Assembly: GCA_951406725.2 (NCBI GenBank)
Contig: OX597815.1
Location: 171,926,001 to 171,990,000 of the forward strand
DNA from: Octopus vulgaris
Taxonomy: Eukaryota
Length of the DNA stretch: 64,000 nucleotides
Direction: 5' to 3'
Shown: piece after piece, positions 1 to 14,480 of the stretch
Position numbering within the stretch: the stretch's first letter is position 1
Layout of the letters: each line of letters starts with the position of its first letter
The notes under the pieces: generated by a model
What the model was told of the DNA's origin: nothing
Database searches by the model: none
The model's input: only the letters and a program-made list of their open reading frames with translations
Program-made: the position numbers and the translations under genes

Positions 1-733
1 TTGATTACCTCCTTTAATTAATTATGGTCATGGTTTCCTTGGCAGTAGTAATGATTTTTTTTCCTCATTTTTTTCTGGGCACTTGGCCAATTTTCTAAGC
101 AAGGGGCTATATTTCATTTAATTGATCACACTTCATTTGTGCATATGAAAGACAATCACGGCTTTGGCAAGATTTGAACATGAAACATTGATTTACTAAG
201 GTGGTCTACTTTAAAGAATTCAAACCTGTGCTATGTTACCTTGTGAGTGTTCTGCTTCCAACACAGTTAACATGATATCTTACTTCAATGTGAGGTCAGA
301 TATCTTTTTAAAAGAGGAAATGAATACTGCATATACAGTATCCATAATTTTCATAAATTTTTCAATTATGGTATCTGCATAAGGGAAGTTGTTTAATTTC
401 AGCTTGGAATTGAAACCAGTTCACTGCCAAGGTCTTGTCTCATATTCTATACTGTTTACTACAAGTGGTTAGCTATAATAATTATTTCTTATAGAGGCAC
501 AAGGGATAGATAAAGGTTTTAATTGGTTTTAAATTTCTGAAAATTATTGTACCTTAATCACTGCTGATCCTTTACTATTACTAATAAAAATAAAGTTTGA
601 GTATGGTAAAACTACTCTGTGGTATCTTTCCTTGTATAGTTAAATAAATTACTGGTGTGTTTTTTTTCTTCTTCCACCTCATCCCTCTTTTTTTCCTGAA
701 ATGTTAGAGGCTGACGATTGTGTTGTAGAAAGT

Positions 734-953
734 TTAACCTTTTAGCAGCCAGATTACTTTGTCAAGTGTATTGCTTATTTATTCACATTGTTATGAATTA
801 ATCATTCATTATCTCATAGCTTGAGATTTCAATGATGTAATTGTTTATTTTTAGAATCACCTAGCTGGATGCGTCTGAGAAGCCAGATTTGGCCTGTTTC
901 AACATAAAACAGGTAGAATATTTGGGGCAGATAAGGCTAGTCTAAAGGGTTAA
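734..953. mobile_element. piggyBac-like MITE, decayed (same family as 61470-61690)
   Basis: Ends TTAACCTTTTAG...CTAAAGGGTTAA. Internal sequence resembles 61470-61690. Confidence 0.6.
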
Positions 954-1489
954 TAATTATATGGGCTAAATGACCATTTCTGCATCTGTGGGAATAGTGT
1001 ATGAGCAGTAGTGTATGAGGAAGGGGAAGAGGAGGAGCTGGATAATGAATGGCAGCAATACTGGTAACAGCCCTTTACAAGCTATAGCAGGGTGGGATGG
1101 AAACATTTAACTATTTCAACCTTGGTACTTCAATAGTACTTTTCTATCTTCTTTAAAAGGATGAAAAACAAAGTTAACCTTGATATGCTTTAAACTAAGA
1201 TGCCCCACATTGGCACTGAATCCAGGCCCTCTTGATTGCAAATCAAAATTCTTGACTATTCTACCTTTACACAGAGTATAGTTAATTATCTGAAATTTCG
1301 ATGCATGATTTGGTATTTATTTTGTTGATTCCAGAAGAGCAAAAGGTGCAGTTAAGATCAGGGAAATTTGAAATCAGATTGTAGAAGGATGAAACTAAAT
1401 GATTCTCTCTGATTTTGTAACAAAGCCAGCAATTTTGAAGGGAAGAGAACTGGATCACATTGACCCCCACCCATCCACCCATTGTTCAA

Positions 1490-1876
1490 CTCTTTACTCT
1501 TTTACTTGTTTCAGTCATTTGACTGTGGCCATGCTGGAGCACCGCCTTTAGTCGAGCAAATCGACCCCCAGGACTTATTCTTTGTAAGCCTAGTACTTAT
1601 TCTATCGGTCTCTTTTGCTGAACCACTAAGTTATGGGGACGTAAACACACCAGCATCGGTTGTCAAGCGATGTTGGGGGGACAAACACACACACACATAT
1701 ATATATATACATATATACGACGGGCTTCTTTCAGTTTCCGTCTACCAAATCCACCCACAAGGCTTTGGTCGGCCCGAGGCTATAGTAGAAGACACTTGCC
1801 CAAGGTGCCATGCAGTGGGACTGAACCCAAAACCATGTGGTTGGTAAGCAAGCTACTTGCCACACAGCCACTCCTG
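1490..1876 (-). mobile_element. tRNA-derived SINE, near full length
   Basis: Near-identical to 41810-42250 and to partial copies at 4500-4891, 10830-10990, 14900-15062 and 29890-30055. tRNA-like head on the minus strand and an internal CA/TA tract. Confidence 0.85.
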
Positions 1877-2353
1877 CCAAATCTGAAAGGATGACAAACA
1901 ACATTGACCTTGGTGGCATTTGAACTCAGAATGTAAAGAGATAGAAGAAATGCTGCTAAGCATTTTATTCAGTAATGATTCTACCAGCTATTTTCCCCGT
2001 TACTTGACTTCTTTCCTTTTAGCTATAATAATGATTTCTTACTTTTGCACATGACTGCAAATTATTTTGAGAAGCTGTAGTCAAATTGACTTTGCTACTT
2101 GAATGATACTTATTTTATCAACTTTGAAAAGATGAAAATAAAGTTTGACTAGCAGGATTGGAACCCTGAACTAAATATTTCAAGGCTTTTGCCTGATGTT
2201 CTACTAAGTCTGCCACCCACTGCTGTTCACTCTTAACTTTGATATTAACAGCAAAAACTTAATTTACTAAAATCTTGTTATTTTAAACTAAGTTGCTTCA
2301 CTAAAAATCTCACATTAATCTATGTCACAAAAAAAAAAGACAACAAAAGTAAC

Positions 2354-2753
2354 TACAAGGTGCATTCCAGAAATTTTCAAACTTTTTCAGGAGTCATGTA
2401 TTAATTTCAAAGAGTACAGAATTCTGATCTTCAAAATAGGATCCTCTTATTTCATTATTGTAACACTCCAACCACTTTGTGAAGGCCCTTCTCACAGCAT
2501 CTTTCATCTTCAAAACGATTGCCCTCGAGGTTCTCATTCAGCTTGGGTAACAACCAAAAGTCACAGAGAACAAGGTTTAGCCTGTAGGGAGGGTGAAGAA
2601 GAGTTTTGATGCCCACCTCTGTCTATTAGTTTGTTATAAGTTGCATAATGTTTATTGTATAGTAATAATATATGTACTAAAATTACAATAATCTAGAACA
2701 GTTGTAACTGCCTCCCCTAAACAAGTCTCAAAACTTCTGAAATGCACCTTGTA
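2354..2753. mobile_element. Tc1/mariner-type MITE
   Basis: TIRs TACAAGGTGCATTCCAGAAATTTT / AAACTTCTGAAATGCACCTTGTA with flanking TA. Confidence 0.8.
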
Positions 2754-3115
2754 TTTTGCTAGTTCATATTATTTGTTTATTTTTACTCACCTATGTATAC
2801 CTACTTATTAGTTTATCTGTAAATAAACTCAGTGCTTTACTTTATAGTTAGTATACACTATCTTCAAGCTCATGTTTGTACAAGAATTTGCTGGTAACTA
2901 TTTACAGTAAAATGGACAGGGTTGTTAAGAGTTAAGACTTATTTTTCAGTCTTTTCATAAATTTGTATATCTAGAAATATATTTATCATTTATAATAAAA
3001 AAAAATGTTGTTTAAACTTAGTCAAAGATAGTGAGACGATTTTTAATAAACATGTCTCAAGTATTAAAAAAAGACAGCCTTAATAATGTTTTTAAGTTTA
3101 AAACCCATTACCTAC

Positions 3116-3149
3116 TATGTATGTATGTATGTATGTATGTATGTATGTA

Positions 3150-3180
<31 letters not shown>

Positions 3181-3390
3181 ACGTGTGTATGTATGTGTAT
3201 GTATGTATGTGTGTGTGTGTATATAAATGTATGTGTGTATGTATGTATGTGTGTATATATACATATATATTTATGTGTGTATGTATATATGTGTGTGTAT
3301 GTATGTATGTGTGTGTATGTATGTATGTATGTGTGTATGTTTGTATATGTATGTATGTTTATGTGTACACACACAAACAAACACACACAC
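3116..3390. repeat. (TATG)n/(TG)n compound microsatellite
   Basis: Direct reading. It explains the spurious MYVC/HTYI ORFs. Confidence 0.95.
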
Positions 3391-4422
3391 ATGTGGTGGA
3401 GGTAGGGGATTTAACCTCTGCATAAGATCTAGGAAGAAAGAAACACATAAGCAATTAAAATATTTTGAAGGGAATGTGTGCATGTGTGTGTGTGGTGGGG
3501 AGAAAGCTGATTATAAGTTTATTAGAAATCAATAGCTAAGCACTCGTTACGCAGGTTCAAGTCTTAAATAGAAGTTCATGTTTATCACATTATATAGAAC
3601 TTATAACAGATTATGTTCTCTCTTCGTACACACGTACACACACACACACATATATATTCTCTCTTCACATACCCACACACACAAATTACTTCATTGACTG
3701 CTATGCATCCTGAAACTAATGAGACTGTGTTGCAGCAATACTGTGCTTGAAGTGTGCACCCTGGGTAGCATCATAGTTCTTTCTGATACTCTTTTGAACA
3801 GCATTCTTACACAATTTATTTTTATACAATTCATCTGAAAATATGTTTATTGTTGTGAAACCAGGTTGATACCTACAAAAAACTTGATACACAAACGCAG
3901 GAACCAGTAAAGGAGCCTTTTTGTGATAGCTTAATATAGTATATATAGTAACCAATATCCCCTCAAATCACAGCCTAATTTCTTAAAGGAAGTTTACGTT
4001 AGGTAATATTTTCCTTGATATACAAAAAGCTGAGATGATCTTTGATCTTAAGTCTTAGGGATGACCTGAAGGCTAAACAACAAATATGTTGTTGTTATTA
4101 TTTAACAAAACCAAACACAGCACAAAAGCACACATGTTAACAGATAGGAATAGATATTTTATATACATGCATCATCATCATCCTTTTTCATGCTTGCATG
4201 GGTCAGACTGTTTTGCAACAGATTTTTCTATGGCGAGATGCCCTTCCTGTCACCTACCCTCACCTGTTTCCCAAAAAAGATAATATTTTCCATAACCAGA
4301 CATTTCCACAGAGTAGTGGAATTGGTTGACATTTCTCCTGTGACAGTGACACTCATTTACTTGTTTACAACTTTCAAGTAATGTCAAGACAGGAAAGCAC
4401 AAACATGCATGTGTATACAAAC

Positions 4423-4453
<31 letters not shown>

Positions 4454-4499
4454 CACATATATAGATAGACAGACAGACAGACAGATAGATATCTCCTTT

Positions 4500-4891
4500 T
4501 TTTTTATCGGTTACTTGCTTTAGTCATTAGACTGGATCTCTGTATTGAAGAATTTTTCATTGCACTAATCAGCCCTTGCACCTTTCTCAAAGCCTGGCAC
4601 TTACTCTATCCATCTCTTTTGCCAAACCATTAAGTTACAGGAACGAAAACATACAAACGCTGGTTGTCAAGCACTGGTGGGGGACAAATACAGATGTAAG
4701 CATGCACACATGTGCACATGCACACACACACGCACGCGTGCACACTCGTATGATAGGCTTCTTTCAGTTTCTGTCTAGCAAATCCATTCACAAGGCTTTG
4801 GTCAGTCCAAGGCTATAGTATTGGTCAGTCCAAAGCTATGTGCCATGCAGTTGGGAAGCAAACTTCTGACCATACAGCCACTCCTGCACCT
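4500..4891 (-). mobile_element. tRNA-derived SINE, diverged copy
   Basis: Similar to 1490-1876. Confidence 0.7.
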
Positions 4892-7496
4892 ATACACACA
4901 TATTCAACTAGCTTCTTTCAGTTCCTACTTACTTAAATCCACTTGTGAGGCTTTGGTCAGCTATAACAGAAAACACTGAACTTGAACTATATGGTTGGAA
5001 GGAAACTTATAAACCATACAGCTGTACTTCCAAGCATTTAATAACACATGATTATTAAAAATAAAATCACCGTCTCTACAATTAACAGGGTTTTAATAAA
5101 ATTGGGAAAGTTAAATTCCCAAATTTAAGCCCCCTCTTTTCTTTTAAACTGGTTTCAATATCTTGGCAATCTTCAGATTTTCTGCTCTCAAATTGGTTCT
5201 CTTGACATACTAAAATCTCTTTTTCTTTATCATTTTAACTGTTTTTCTATAATATTTACTGTGTATGAAGATTATTATAAACAAAAAAACGTTATAAATC
5301 CTTATGAATATCTTGCTTTTCTTCTTTATCAATTACTGATAGACACTAGAGATCAACACATCCCTCTGACCTGTTGGAAGCTATCAGACTGTTCAACCAA
5401 TGCGAGTATGGAATACAGACTCTATATGATAATGATGAAGATGATGGCAGATGTTTTGAAAAGCCAGACTCATTGGTTGTTTGTTTTCCAGGGTACAAGT
5501 CATAAACTTTACCCTATTTCTTCATAGAGTTTCAATAAAGATAGCAGTCATTGCCCTAAATAGTAGCAAAATCATTATCTGTGACATATATGAAAAACTA
5601 CTGGTGAACATATTTGCATATTGACCACACCTTAACCCACTTACTTACTCGTATTGATTGCTTAATCATTGGCCTATCAATAGGAGCAAATGTGAATATA
5701 GTTCATTTTTATTCCATCCTCAAGCCAAGCTTTATTTGAGGATCTGTTATCTCCCCTACCCCTTCTTGCTTTACATTATACTACAACTTCCAACTAAATT
5801 ATTACATATGCTGCCAGCAGCTTAGCCATTATCCTCTCTATTTTTAATTGCCTATTTCATCATCATCATTGTTATCACCATCACCTTCATGATTATCTGT
5901 CCATTTCCCATAAAGTATGGTCTGAACAAGTCTGTTCCAACATCTTGCCATTTGTTGTGTACTCTTCATCATCTGATGTACTCAACAATAGGGAAAATCT
6001 TAAAACTTTGTCATTATGTATACCCCTTTTTTCTTATATACATTTAAATTCTAAATAGCTCTTGACTCATATATACTTCTCTAAAACACTAGAATTCTCA
6101 CAATGTAGTAAAGTCAACATCAAAATCCAATTATTACATTTTTTCTTAAAAGATATTTTATCATTTATCTTCAGGCCATAATTTCTATTCATGTAACATT
6201 AACTATCATCATGATTCCTTCTAAGAAATGATACTGTATCTCACTGATTGTGCATAATTTTGATAAATGGCAGATCACAGCCCAAAATTACTTTGCTGAT
6301 GACCAGTCTCTCTCAGGTTCTTTATTAAGGGCCAAACTTATTCAATTGTAAAATATTTCTGTACTGCTCCTATAAAGACATCTGATTTTGTATATCTTAC
6401 TTTCCTCTCACTTTCTCTGAATTCATACACCCTTCTATGATCATGTGTATTTTTGTTGCATATTACACTTCTGAATTCCTAAACACTTTGCCCAGTTTTC
6501 CTTTCCTTGGATCACATTACTCTGCAAGTATCAAGAAGCTATTTAAAAACAATGAGAAGTTAACCGCACTAACTTCATCTTGTTATTCCTAGCTTCCACT
6601 TTGTGAGTGCTTATAAAGATTAAGAACATTTCATCTATCATCAGAAGTAGAAAACAATATTTCTAATAGTACACTTCCCTCAGGCAACAAAATATTGGAC
6701 TGCATCTATCATCCATCTATTGCAAATTGTTGGCAGTTACTGACCCACTATTGATTTCTGAATATATTTTCTTTCTCATACTAACACAATGATGCCAGCT
6801 ATTTTTATGAATGTTTTTACCTAATATATTTGTTTGAACATACCTGTCACATTTGATGTACATTTTGTATCTGCAAATTTTACGTCCCAAACAACTTCCT
6901 AGTTTAGGTTTATAATTTTGCACTGTGCATCTCATTGCTTATACAGTTATGTATCCAACTTTTTCTGTCAGCTCATTTGTACTTCATCATTCATGCACAC
7001 TAACATTTCCTATTCAAGAGTACATATTGACTTCATTTCTGTCAAGTTTTTCAAATCCTACACATTAAAGACCCATGTCTCATTATAATGTAGCAATGTG
7101 CATTATATACAGGCATTATATATTATCTTCGCTATAAGAGAGAAATCCTTTATAAGCAGCAGAGATGACTGTTTGCTGAACTTTTTTTCACCCCATTTTA
7201 ACTTTGGTTGCTATGATTCCAGAACACCTGCCTTACCACCCTTCAAAACCTATTCACTCATCTAGATAGCAAATACACACGTGTGTGTGTGTGTGTGAGT
7301 GTGTGTATGTGTATGCATGTGCATGCATGCATGTGTGTGTGTGTGTAAATATACATAGTTATATGTTTCATTGTTAAGTATGATGGTGTGTTGGTTGGGT
7401 AGTGAATTATGCCTGGATGCTCTTCTGGTTATTATGCCTTTTGAGTTATCTGTTACAGTAAGAAGGAATATGTGTGTGTATGTATGTGTGTGTGTT

Positions 7497-7532
<36 letters not shown>

Positions 7533-7537
7533 TTTTG

Positions 7538-7578
<41 letters not shown>

Positions 7579-7678
7579 TTTTGTTATATATCATCATCAT
7601 CATCATCATCATTTAGCGTCCGTTTTCCATGCTAGCATGGGTTGGACTATATATATATATATATATATGTTTTTTTGT

Positions 7679-7715
<37 letters not shown>

Positions 7716-8458
7716 GTATATATATGTATACGCATACACACACACATTGTATATATTTCTGTGTGTCCATTTGAATGTTTACATCCTGTACTTCTCCAAA
7801 ACATCACATACCTATGAGCAGAGATGTTTGTTGATATTTACCCTGTCAACAAATTGCCTGCTATCTCTGTGCTTTCAAAGATGAGTGGAACAAGAAAAAT
7901 TTCCTTACTTGAAAAACAACAGGAAAACCATCTGACAGTAAAAACAACGTCTCCGTAATATGTATTTATCTAAGACTTGCAAGTATGGAAAATGGATGTA
8001 AAACAATATATCCTCCTTGTCGTCATCATCATCATCAGCACCATCATCATCATCATCAAACGTTTGTTTTCTATATTAGCATTGTTTGGACAGTTTTACT
8101 GTTTTGGTATGATTTCTACAACTGGATGTCCTTCCTAATTTCAACTGCTTTACAGAGTGTACTGGGTGGTATTTTTTGTTGTATTGCCATCAGTTAGGTC
8201 ATCAAGTGTGTATGTGTGTGTGTGTGAAGGCAGATAATGTGATCTCTAGGGTATTGCACTGATAATTACAAGATTGTGCTTTTGATTCACTGAGCAGTGG
8301 TGCATTGTGTTCTTGAGCAAAACACCTCATATATATACATACACCAGAGTATCTCTGTAAGTTTGAAATGTCAAAGACTTCTTCCATTTTTCCTCAGCAC
8401 CAAACTAATACACCTTGTTTGTTGTTCCCTCACCTGTCTCAGTATTTTGTTTTTGTAT

Positions 8459-8588
8459 TGGCATCCAGCTGTAGAAACTGCCAGATCAGGTTGGAGCCTG
8501 TTGCAGCCATCTGGTTCGCCAGTCCTCAGTCAAATCGTCTAACCCATGCCAGCATGGAAAGTGGACGTTAAACGATGATGATGATGAT
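8459..8588 (+). mobile_element. RTE-associated SINE 3' part with (GAT)n tail
   Basis: GGCATCCAGCTGTAGAAAC...AACCCATGCCAGCATGGAAAGTGGACGTTAAACGATGATG, with many copies in the window. Confidence 0.8.
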
Positions 8589-9479
8589 ATATTCTCTCAT
8601 TCATTTGTACTTTGTCAATTATACTAACATTACATTTTCAACAAAGCTTGCTCACTTCATTTCTTTCTAGTCTTCACATATCCTCTGCAAGTCCAAATCT
8701 CACTACTATGTTGCATTGCATTTTCCACACAACCACTATATAATTAACCCTTTACTCTGATAGTGAGGCCCTTTGCCAGTAGGGGTAGCAGTGACTTGAA
8801 CTTTTTCTAACCTTTCTTATTCTGGCTGTTATACTTTCAGAGCATTTTTTTCTATTGATAATTAGACTGCTTACATAACAGAAACTATTGCCTAATTGTT
8901 GGGAATCTTATTAACAATCGAAAGAAATGGTTCTCTGAGTTCTCTTTGTACTTAATGACCCTGTCTTTCTGCCACATATGAATGTACTTTTACTATTAGC
9001 CTACCTGTGATCCCATCCATTGTTTACACTGGATTTGTTGTATGGAATTTCTACCAATTCCTTTTCTGAATGCTGAGCACAGTCATTTCCCTAATGGCAG
9101 CAGAATATCTTCTTTTCAACTTAGCAAAACATTAGCCATGACTAAGTTTACTCTCACCATTCAAGACAAACCCAGAAACAAACAGTTCAGTTAAAGCTCA
9201 GTTCATATCCCTTCCTTAACAATTGCTCTCTTGACTAAAAATGATCATGGATTTGAAACATCATCACTGAACCAATGAAAGTGTCATTGTTTCACAAAAT
9301 GACAAAAAAAAAGGAAATATGCATTTTTTTTAATGAGAATAACAATGAAATCAACCAGGTCATTGATGAAAAGTGAATTACTCAGATGTAATACAAGCAT
9401 AACCCAAGATTAAGATTTAGAAAAACTCCCCCTAAAAATTTCAGACATCAATTTCATATCCAGTTTAGAGAAACACAGA

Positions 9480-9930
9480 ACAACTCATGGCAACAATAAA
9501 CAATTGAGTTTCAAAACTATGCAAATGTCTGTGATCTTAGAAACTTCTTTGCTGGAATAAAGCAGCAAATGTCTGATCCAGTACAGACATCAGTGGGCAA
9601 CTTTCTAGCTACAGGCAACACCAAAATTCTGATAGAGCCACAAAGTATCCTTGAATGCTGGAAAGAAGTGCTTTTCTTCACTGCTGAATCAAGATTCAAC
9701 AACAGGTTTCTTGAGACATGTCTCATATCACCCTGAGCAACTATAGATGAGTGTGCAATCATCACACCAAGATTTTGAAAATACCACCATATGAAACCAC
9801 CAACATCCCCCGGTTCAGACAACATTTTCCTTGAATTATAAAACCATGGAGGGCTAACTCTCAAAAGCAGGCTTTTTCAATATCCTGAAAGAATGAGAAG
9901 ACCACCAAATCCCAGACAATTATTATCACC
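9480..9930 (+). pseudogene. Decayed RTE-type LINE fragment (region just upstream of RT)
   Basis: Interrupted translation ...SPGSDNIFLEL*NHGGLTLKSRL resembles the RTE motif PGxDxIPAELxKxGG. Confidence 0.6.
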
Positions 9931-12900
9931 AATGTAATCAGTGTAAACTTGATAGTACCATCAGAATTTAAATTTTGACAGTTAAATTTATATGTCATCA
10001 GTCAAGTGTTTATTTTTGTGTGTGATTAACGTACATTGTCCCTGTATTTATTCTAGTACTGCACTATGCTATGAGTATTACTTCCAGCAGATAACTTATT
10101 ATCTACCATAAGATATCTTACTGAATCCCCTTCAGATTCTTCATTTGTCAAATACTTTATTGTTTCAACCTTTGATTTGTCATAACATGCTATCTTAACC
10201 ATGTTTCTCTTGGTTTTTCTCCTTATCATACTTTCTACATATTTTTTGTTATGTATAAGTTTCTTCCCCCACCCCCACCAATCTCTTATCTGTTTTTCAA
10301 TTTTCCTGATCATATCTTCACAAATTTGTACTTTTGTGTATTTCCTACTCCTAACAATCTTCTCACCACTTCTAATTTTTCTAATTTTATATCGATTATC
10401 TTTATGAAAATGTATCACTTTCATGATCACCTTTCCTTCAATATCAGTATTTGAAATATACATACTTCTCCATCAGTTCATTTCAAAGAGGTTATTGTTG
10501 TATTGGAGAATGAGCATGGAATATAAAACTGAACTCCTTCAGTACTTGCAACAACAAGAAATCACTTCTGAGAGATGACTGGAGGCCAAATATAGGCACT
10601 TTTGTCTGGAGATTTGTGTGCCAAACATGCTTGATAGCTTTACTGCCGGCAATGTCACTGCTTTCACCAAAATTCCTCAAGGGTGAAAGCCTACTACTGA
10701 GTAATATAGAAGAATAGCTCTCCAGTGGCTCTGACTTTCTGAAATCTGGACTGGTTGTCATTAAGGAGATGGAAAGATTCAAAGTTTTAGAGAGAGAGAG
10801 ATGCACATACATATACACACGTGCACATATGACAAGCTTCTTTCAGTTTCTGTTTATCAAATCCACTCACAAGGCTTTGGTTGGAGCGGGGCTGTAGCGG
10901 AAGATACTTGACCAAGGTGCCATGCAACAGGATTGAATGCAAAATCACATGGTTGAGAATCAAGTTTCTTACCACACAGCCACACCTGCAATATGTATGT
11001 ATGTAAGCAAGCATGCATGCACATAACTATGTAGGGAAAACTATGTACCAGTAGCTCTCAGACAGAGGATTCAATACATTTATTGACTAAAAATTATTTG
11101 TGGCAGTTGAAACTCTCAGTGTTTAACATTGGCCAGTTGTTTCATCCCACATTAGATGAAACCACTGGTCACCATTTGATAACCAAAAAAAGGGACAAGC
11201 AATAAATATGTTTGTGCATTCATAAATATATATAGGTATTTGGCAAGAAATGTAGGTGTTTGTTGTCTTATCTTTCTACTATCAGGTCAGTCTTATTAAA
11301 TAAAGAATGGAATACACCTGAAACTAAACACTATTCAGTAGGCCAGTATCATATCACTTTTGTCCTAATTGTGTTGTATTCCCTAGATTGATTCACTTTT
11401 GCCCTACTTGAGTTTTTTTATTCCCTAGACTTGTTCAAAATGATCTGGTTCAGTATTTTTACAACAGTTTTCCTTATATGATATCCCAACACAAACAGCT
11501 GTCTTTCTTCCCATTACAAACTATTTCTATTCTATAGCTCTTTCTTCTTGTTAGTTTTTCTTTCTTTTCATTTTTTGTTTTCTTTTATTTGTATTTTTCC
11601 TCATCTTTCTTTCATCTTTTGTTTCTAATTTCCTCTTATTTCTTTTTCTTTCTGTTCTATTTATTCTATACTATTTACCATCTCATTTACTTTTCTTTCT
11701 TATCTTCTTTCTCCCTTTTTTCTTCTATTTTTATTTTTATTTCTTCCACTATCTACGCAATTGTTAACTATTTTCCATTCATTAGCTCATCTTGTTACTC
11801 ATTATGTAATTGCATGTGAATTACTGAATTGCAAAAGAAATATTCAAAAAGAAATCTACGTACAAACTTACGTGCATCCTACCACGTACGTATGTGCTAA
11901 GGGCTATATGCCAAAAATCTGATATAGTGTGTGTACATGTGCACTCAAATGGAAATATTTATTACTTCCCATATAGCTTTCAAAACAATATAGTATTTTA
12001 AATTTTGTTCTATTTCAACAAGACAGCATTGGAAATTTTTTAAAATTGAACCACTTTTTGAAATCAAAACTAAAATATATTTAATATAAATGTACTGTCT
12101 CACTTACATAATTGCAAACCTAAAACACCAAGTCTGCTTTGTAAGATTTTTCTGATGTTGAGAATATAAAGTTCTGTGAAGTGATTGCAGGAAATAACAA
12201 GTCCTAGCATGTTTAATGAACATTGTCCTGAATATGAAATTTGAGGAGGTGGGGAACAGTTCTGTTTGCAGAATGAAGTAAACTGATGTTTTAAAGTCAG
12301 TAAATATTTCTAACTTATCAATGTCCATTAGAAGATGTGGCAAAAATCTTTATTGATAGATGTATCAAGTGATAGACAATATATTGTCTTTAAAAGGAAA
12401 GTAAATAACTTTAGTAAGTAAATAAAAGAACTTCTTAATGAAAAGGTCCATAGAAGAATTTATAAAAGAATCTGATAAGTTCAGTTATTGTGAAAAGTGA
12501 AGAATCTAGTGTGTTGACCTTTTGCTTGACAGAGAAGAAAGAAAGTTGTGTTGTTTGAGTTATGGACAATAAAATAATTGATTGGCCAGGTAATTTAAAT
12601 AATTATTTTGGAGGTGTAAGTTATAGAATAGAGGTCTGAATGTTTAAAATGCTTCCAAAACACTCATCCTGTATAGGAGCCTTGCAGTTTGCCTATTGCT
12701 CCATGAAGGTATATAAATTAAACAGTTACATTTGAACTGGGCTCTTAGCATGAGGATAAATCAATCTCTCAACACATTGTTTTTAACAGCATATTCATTT
12801 ATTTAGTTCTTCAGCCTGTCTGAGAAACAAACCAACAATATGATTGCTATATCTGTTAGAAATAATAGACAAGTCCACCCAAATTAGACCCTACCACTCA

Positions 12901-14279
12901 GAAAAGCAAGAGACATTGATCAACATAATCCTTGATGCATAATACTTGGGAATGTGGGGAGATGATCATGGCTGGAATGCCTTTGATCAAAGGTCTGCTC
13001 AGTTTGGTGCAGGCCTGTTTCCAGATCAAACAGAGGTATGAACCCTATCATCTGGAACATAATCCTGTTACCCCTTCTTCCTCAGATCATAACCGGCATC
13101 ATAGAAGACTACCTATAACTAATTGACTTTCATCTGGGGTACTTACAGTGGCTGAGATAAGAGTGAGTAATAACTCATCACTTGTGGTTTTCTTTTCTCC
13201 TTCCACCATCAAAACAATCTAGAACCTAAAACTGTAACTAAGTCAAAAACCCAAAAAAGAATTAATTCACTGGATAACTAATCATTCTTTTTCTAAATTG
13301 GATCCCACTCAGCACATGCTTTTCGTACATAAGTACTACTTCCAGTTCTCCTATAAATAATATTTCTCTTGCTCTTTAATGCTCTACCTCTAACATGACA
13401 CCTTGAGGAAATGTCTTCTATTATAGCCATGGGTTGATTAATGTTATGGGAAGGAATTTAGTAGACAGAAACCACAGAACAGTAGTTGTGTGTGTGAGTA
13501 TGTGTGTGTGTGTGTGTACATGCATGTGTGTATGCATATGTTGTGTGCATGTGTAGACAAATGTACATGAAGGTTGATATTCCACATTTATCACTGTCTA
13601 AAACAAGAATGGTGATGCTGATATTTCCTATTAGTCTACGCATTCAAAGACTTCTGGAATGAAAATTCCTTACTTGAAAAAAAAAACAGGTAAGGGTTAG
13701 TGACTGGAAGAGCATTTGGCTATGAAATCCTTCTTCAAGTAATTCACCTTCCAAATGTCTGCTACGATGGAAAAATGGTTAAAATTAATGAATGATTGAA
13801 TATATGTTTTTCTCACTCTTCTGCCTGTTTCTCTTCCACTTTTCTTGATACTTTTTGCCCAACTGTCATCCTTTAAATGAATCAATCATATGACATACCA
13901 GTGCAGTCTCCTATTTCTACTAATTTTCCTTTCACTCTATACTTTTTCTTTCAGGTATTTTATAATCTAATATTCATGTATACCGACATTACATAAGGCA
14001 GAGCATACCCCCATTGTTTTCAGCCTTTGTAAATTCTCCACAAATATTAGACTTCATACACAAACATGACATTACTTCATCACTTTTGGAGGATATTTTT
14101 GTTGCAAACAAACTTAATACTTCCTTGATCTTTCCCCTACCTTCTATTCTTGTTCTTGTCTTGTGACTTTGAAACCATATTGTTCATATCTTGATGACAC
14201 TAATCACTAGTCTAATTAAGTCTAATTAAATACATTCTTCAACAAAGAAAAAGCATAGTATTCAGCTAACTACCTTTTC

Positions 14280-14480
14280 TGAAAGTTTGAACTCTAACAG
14301 CAAGAGGAGCAGTATTGCACGTCATACACAAGCATCATACAGTTTTCCTTGTACTCAGAGAGAGGAACTTTTTATTACCAACAGAAGTACTTACACCTGA
14401 ACTTTTTCCACCCCACTATTGTTCTGGCTATGATGCTTTTGGAACATCAACCTTCACTGCTGATTAGATTACCTAGGTAA
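14280..14480 (-). pseudogene. RTE LINE RT C-terminal fragment
   Basis: Minus translation YYLGNLISSEG*CSKSIIART..GWKKF...GKLYDACV. Confidence 0.65.

Noticed and set aside
3031-3535. Many overlapping ORFs rich in Y/I/C/V/M/H/T (also at 7.4, 30, 33, 38, 48.3 and 54-56 kb)
   Set aside because: They are translations of TA/TG/TATG microsatellites, not genes.
10492-10818. 108-aa minus-strand ORF
   Set aside because: Starts in a SINE/microsatellite and is probably antisense to a decayed LINE fragment.
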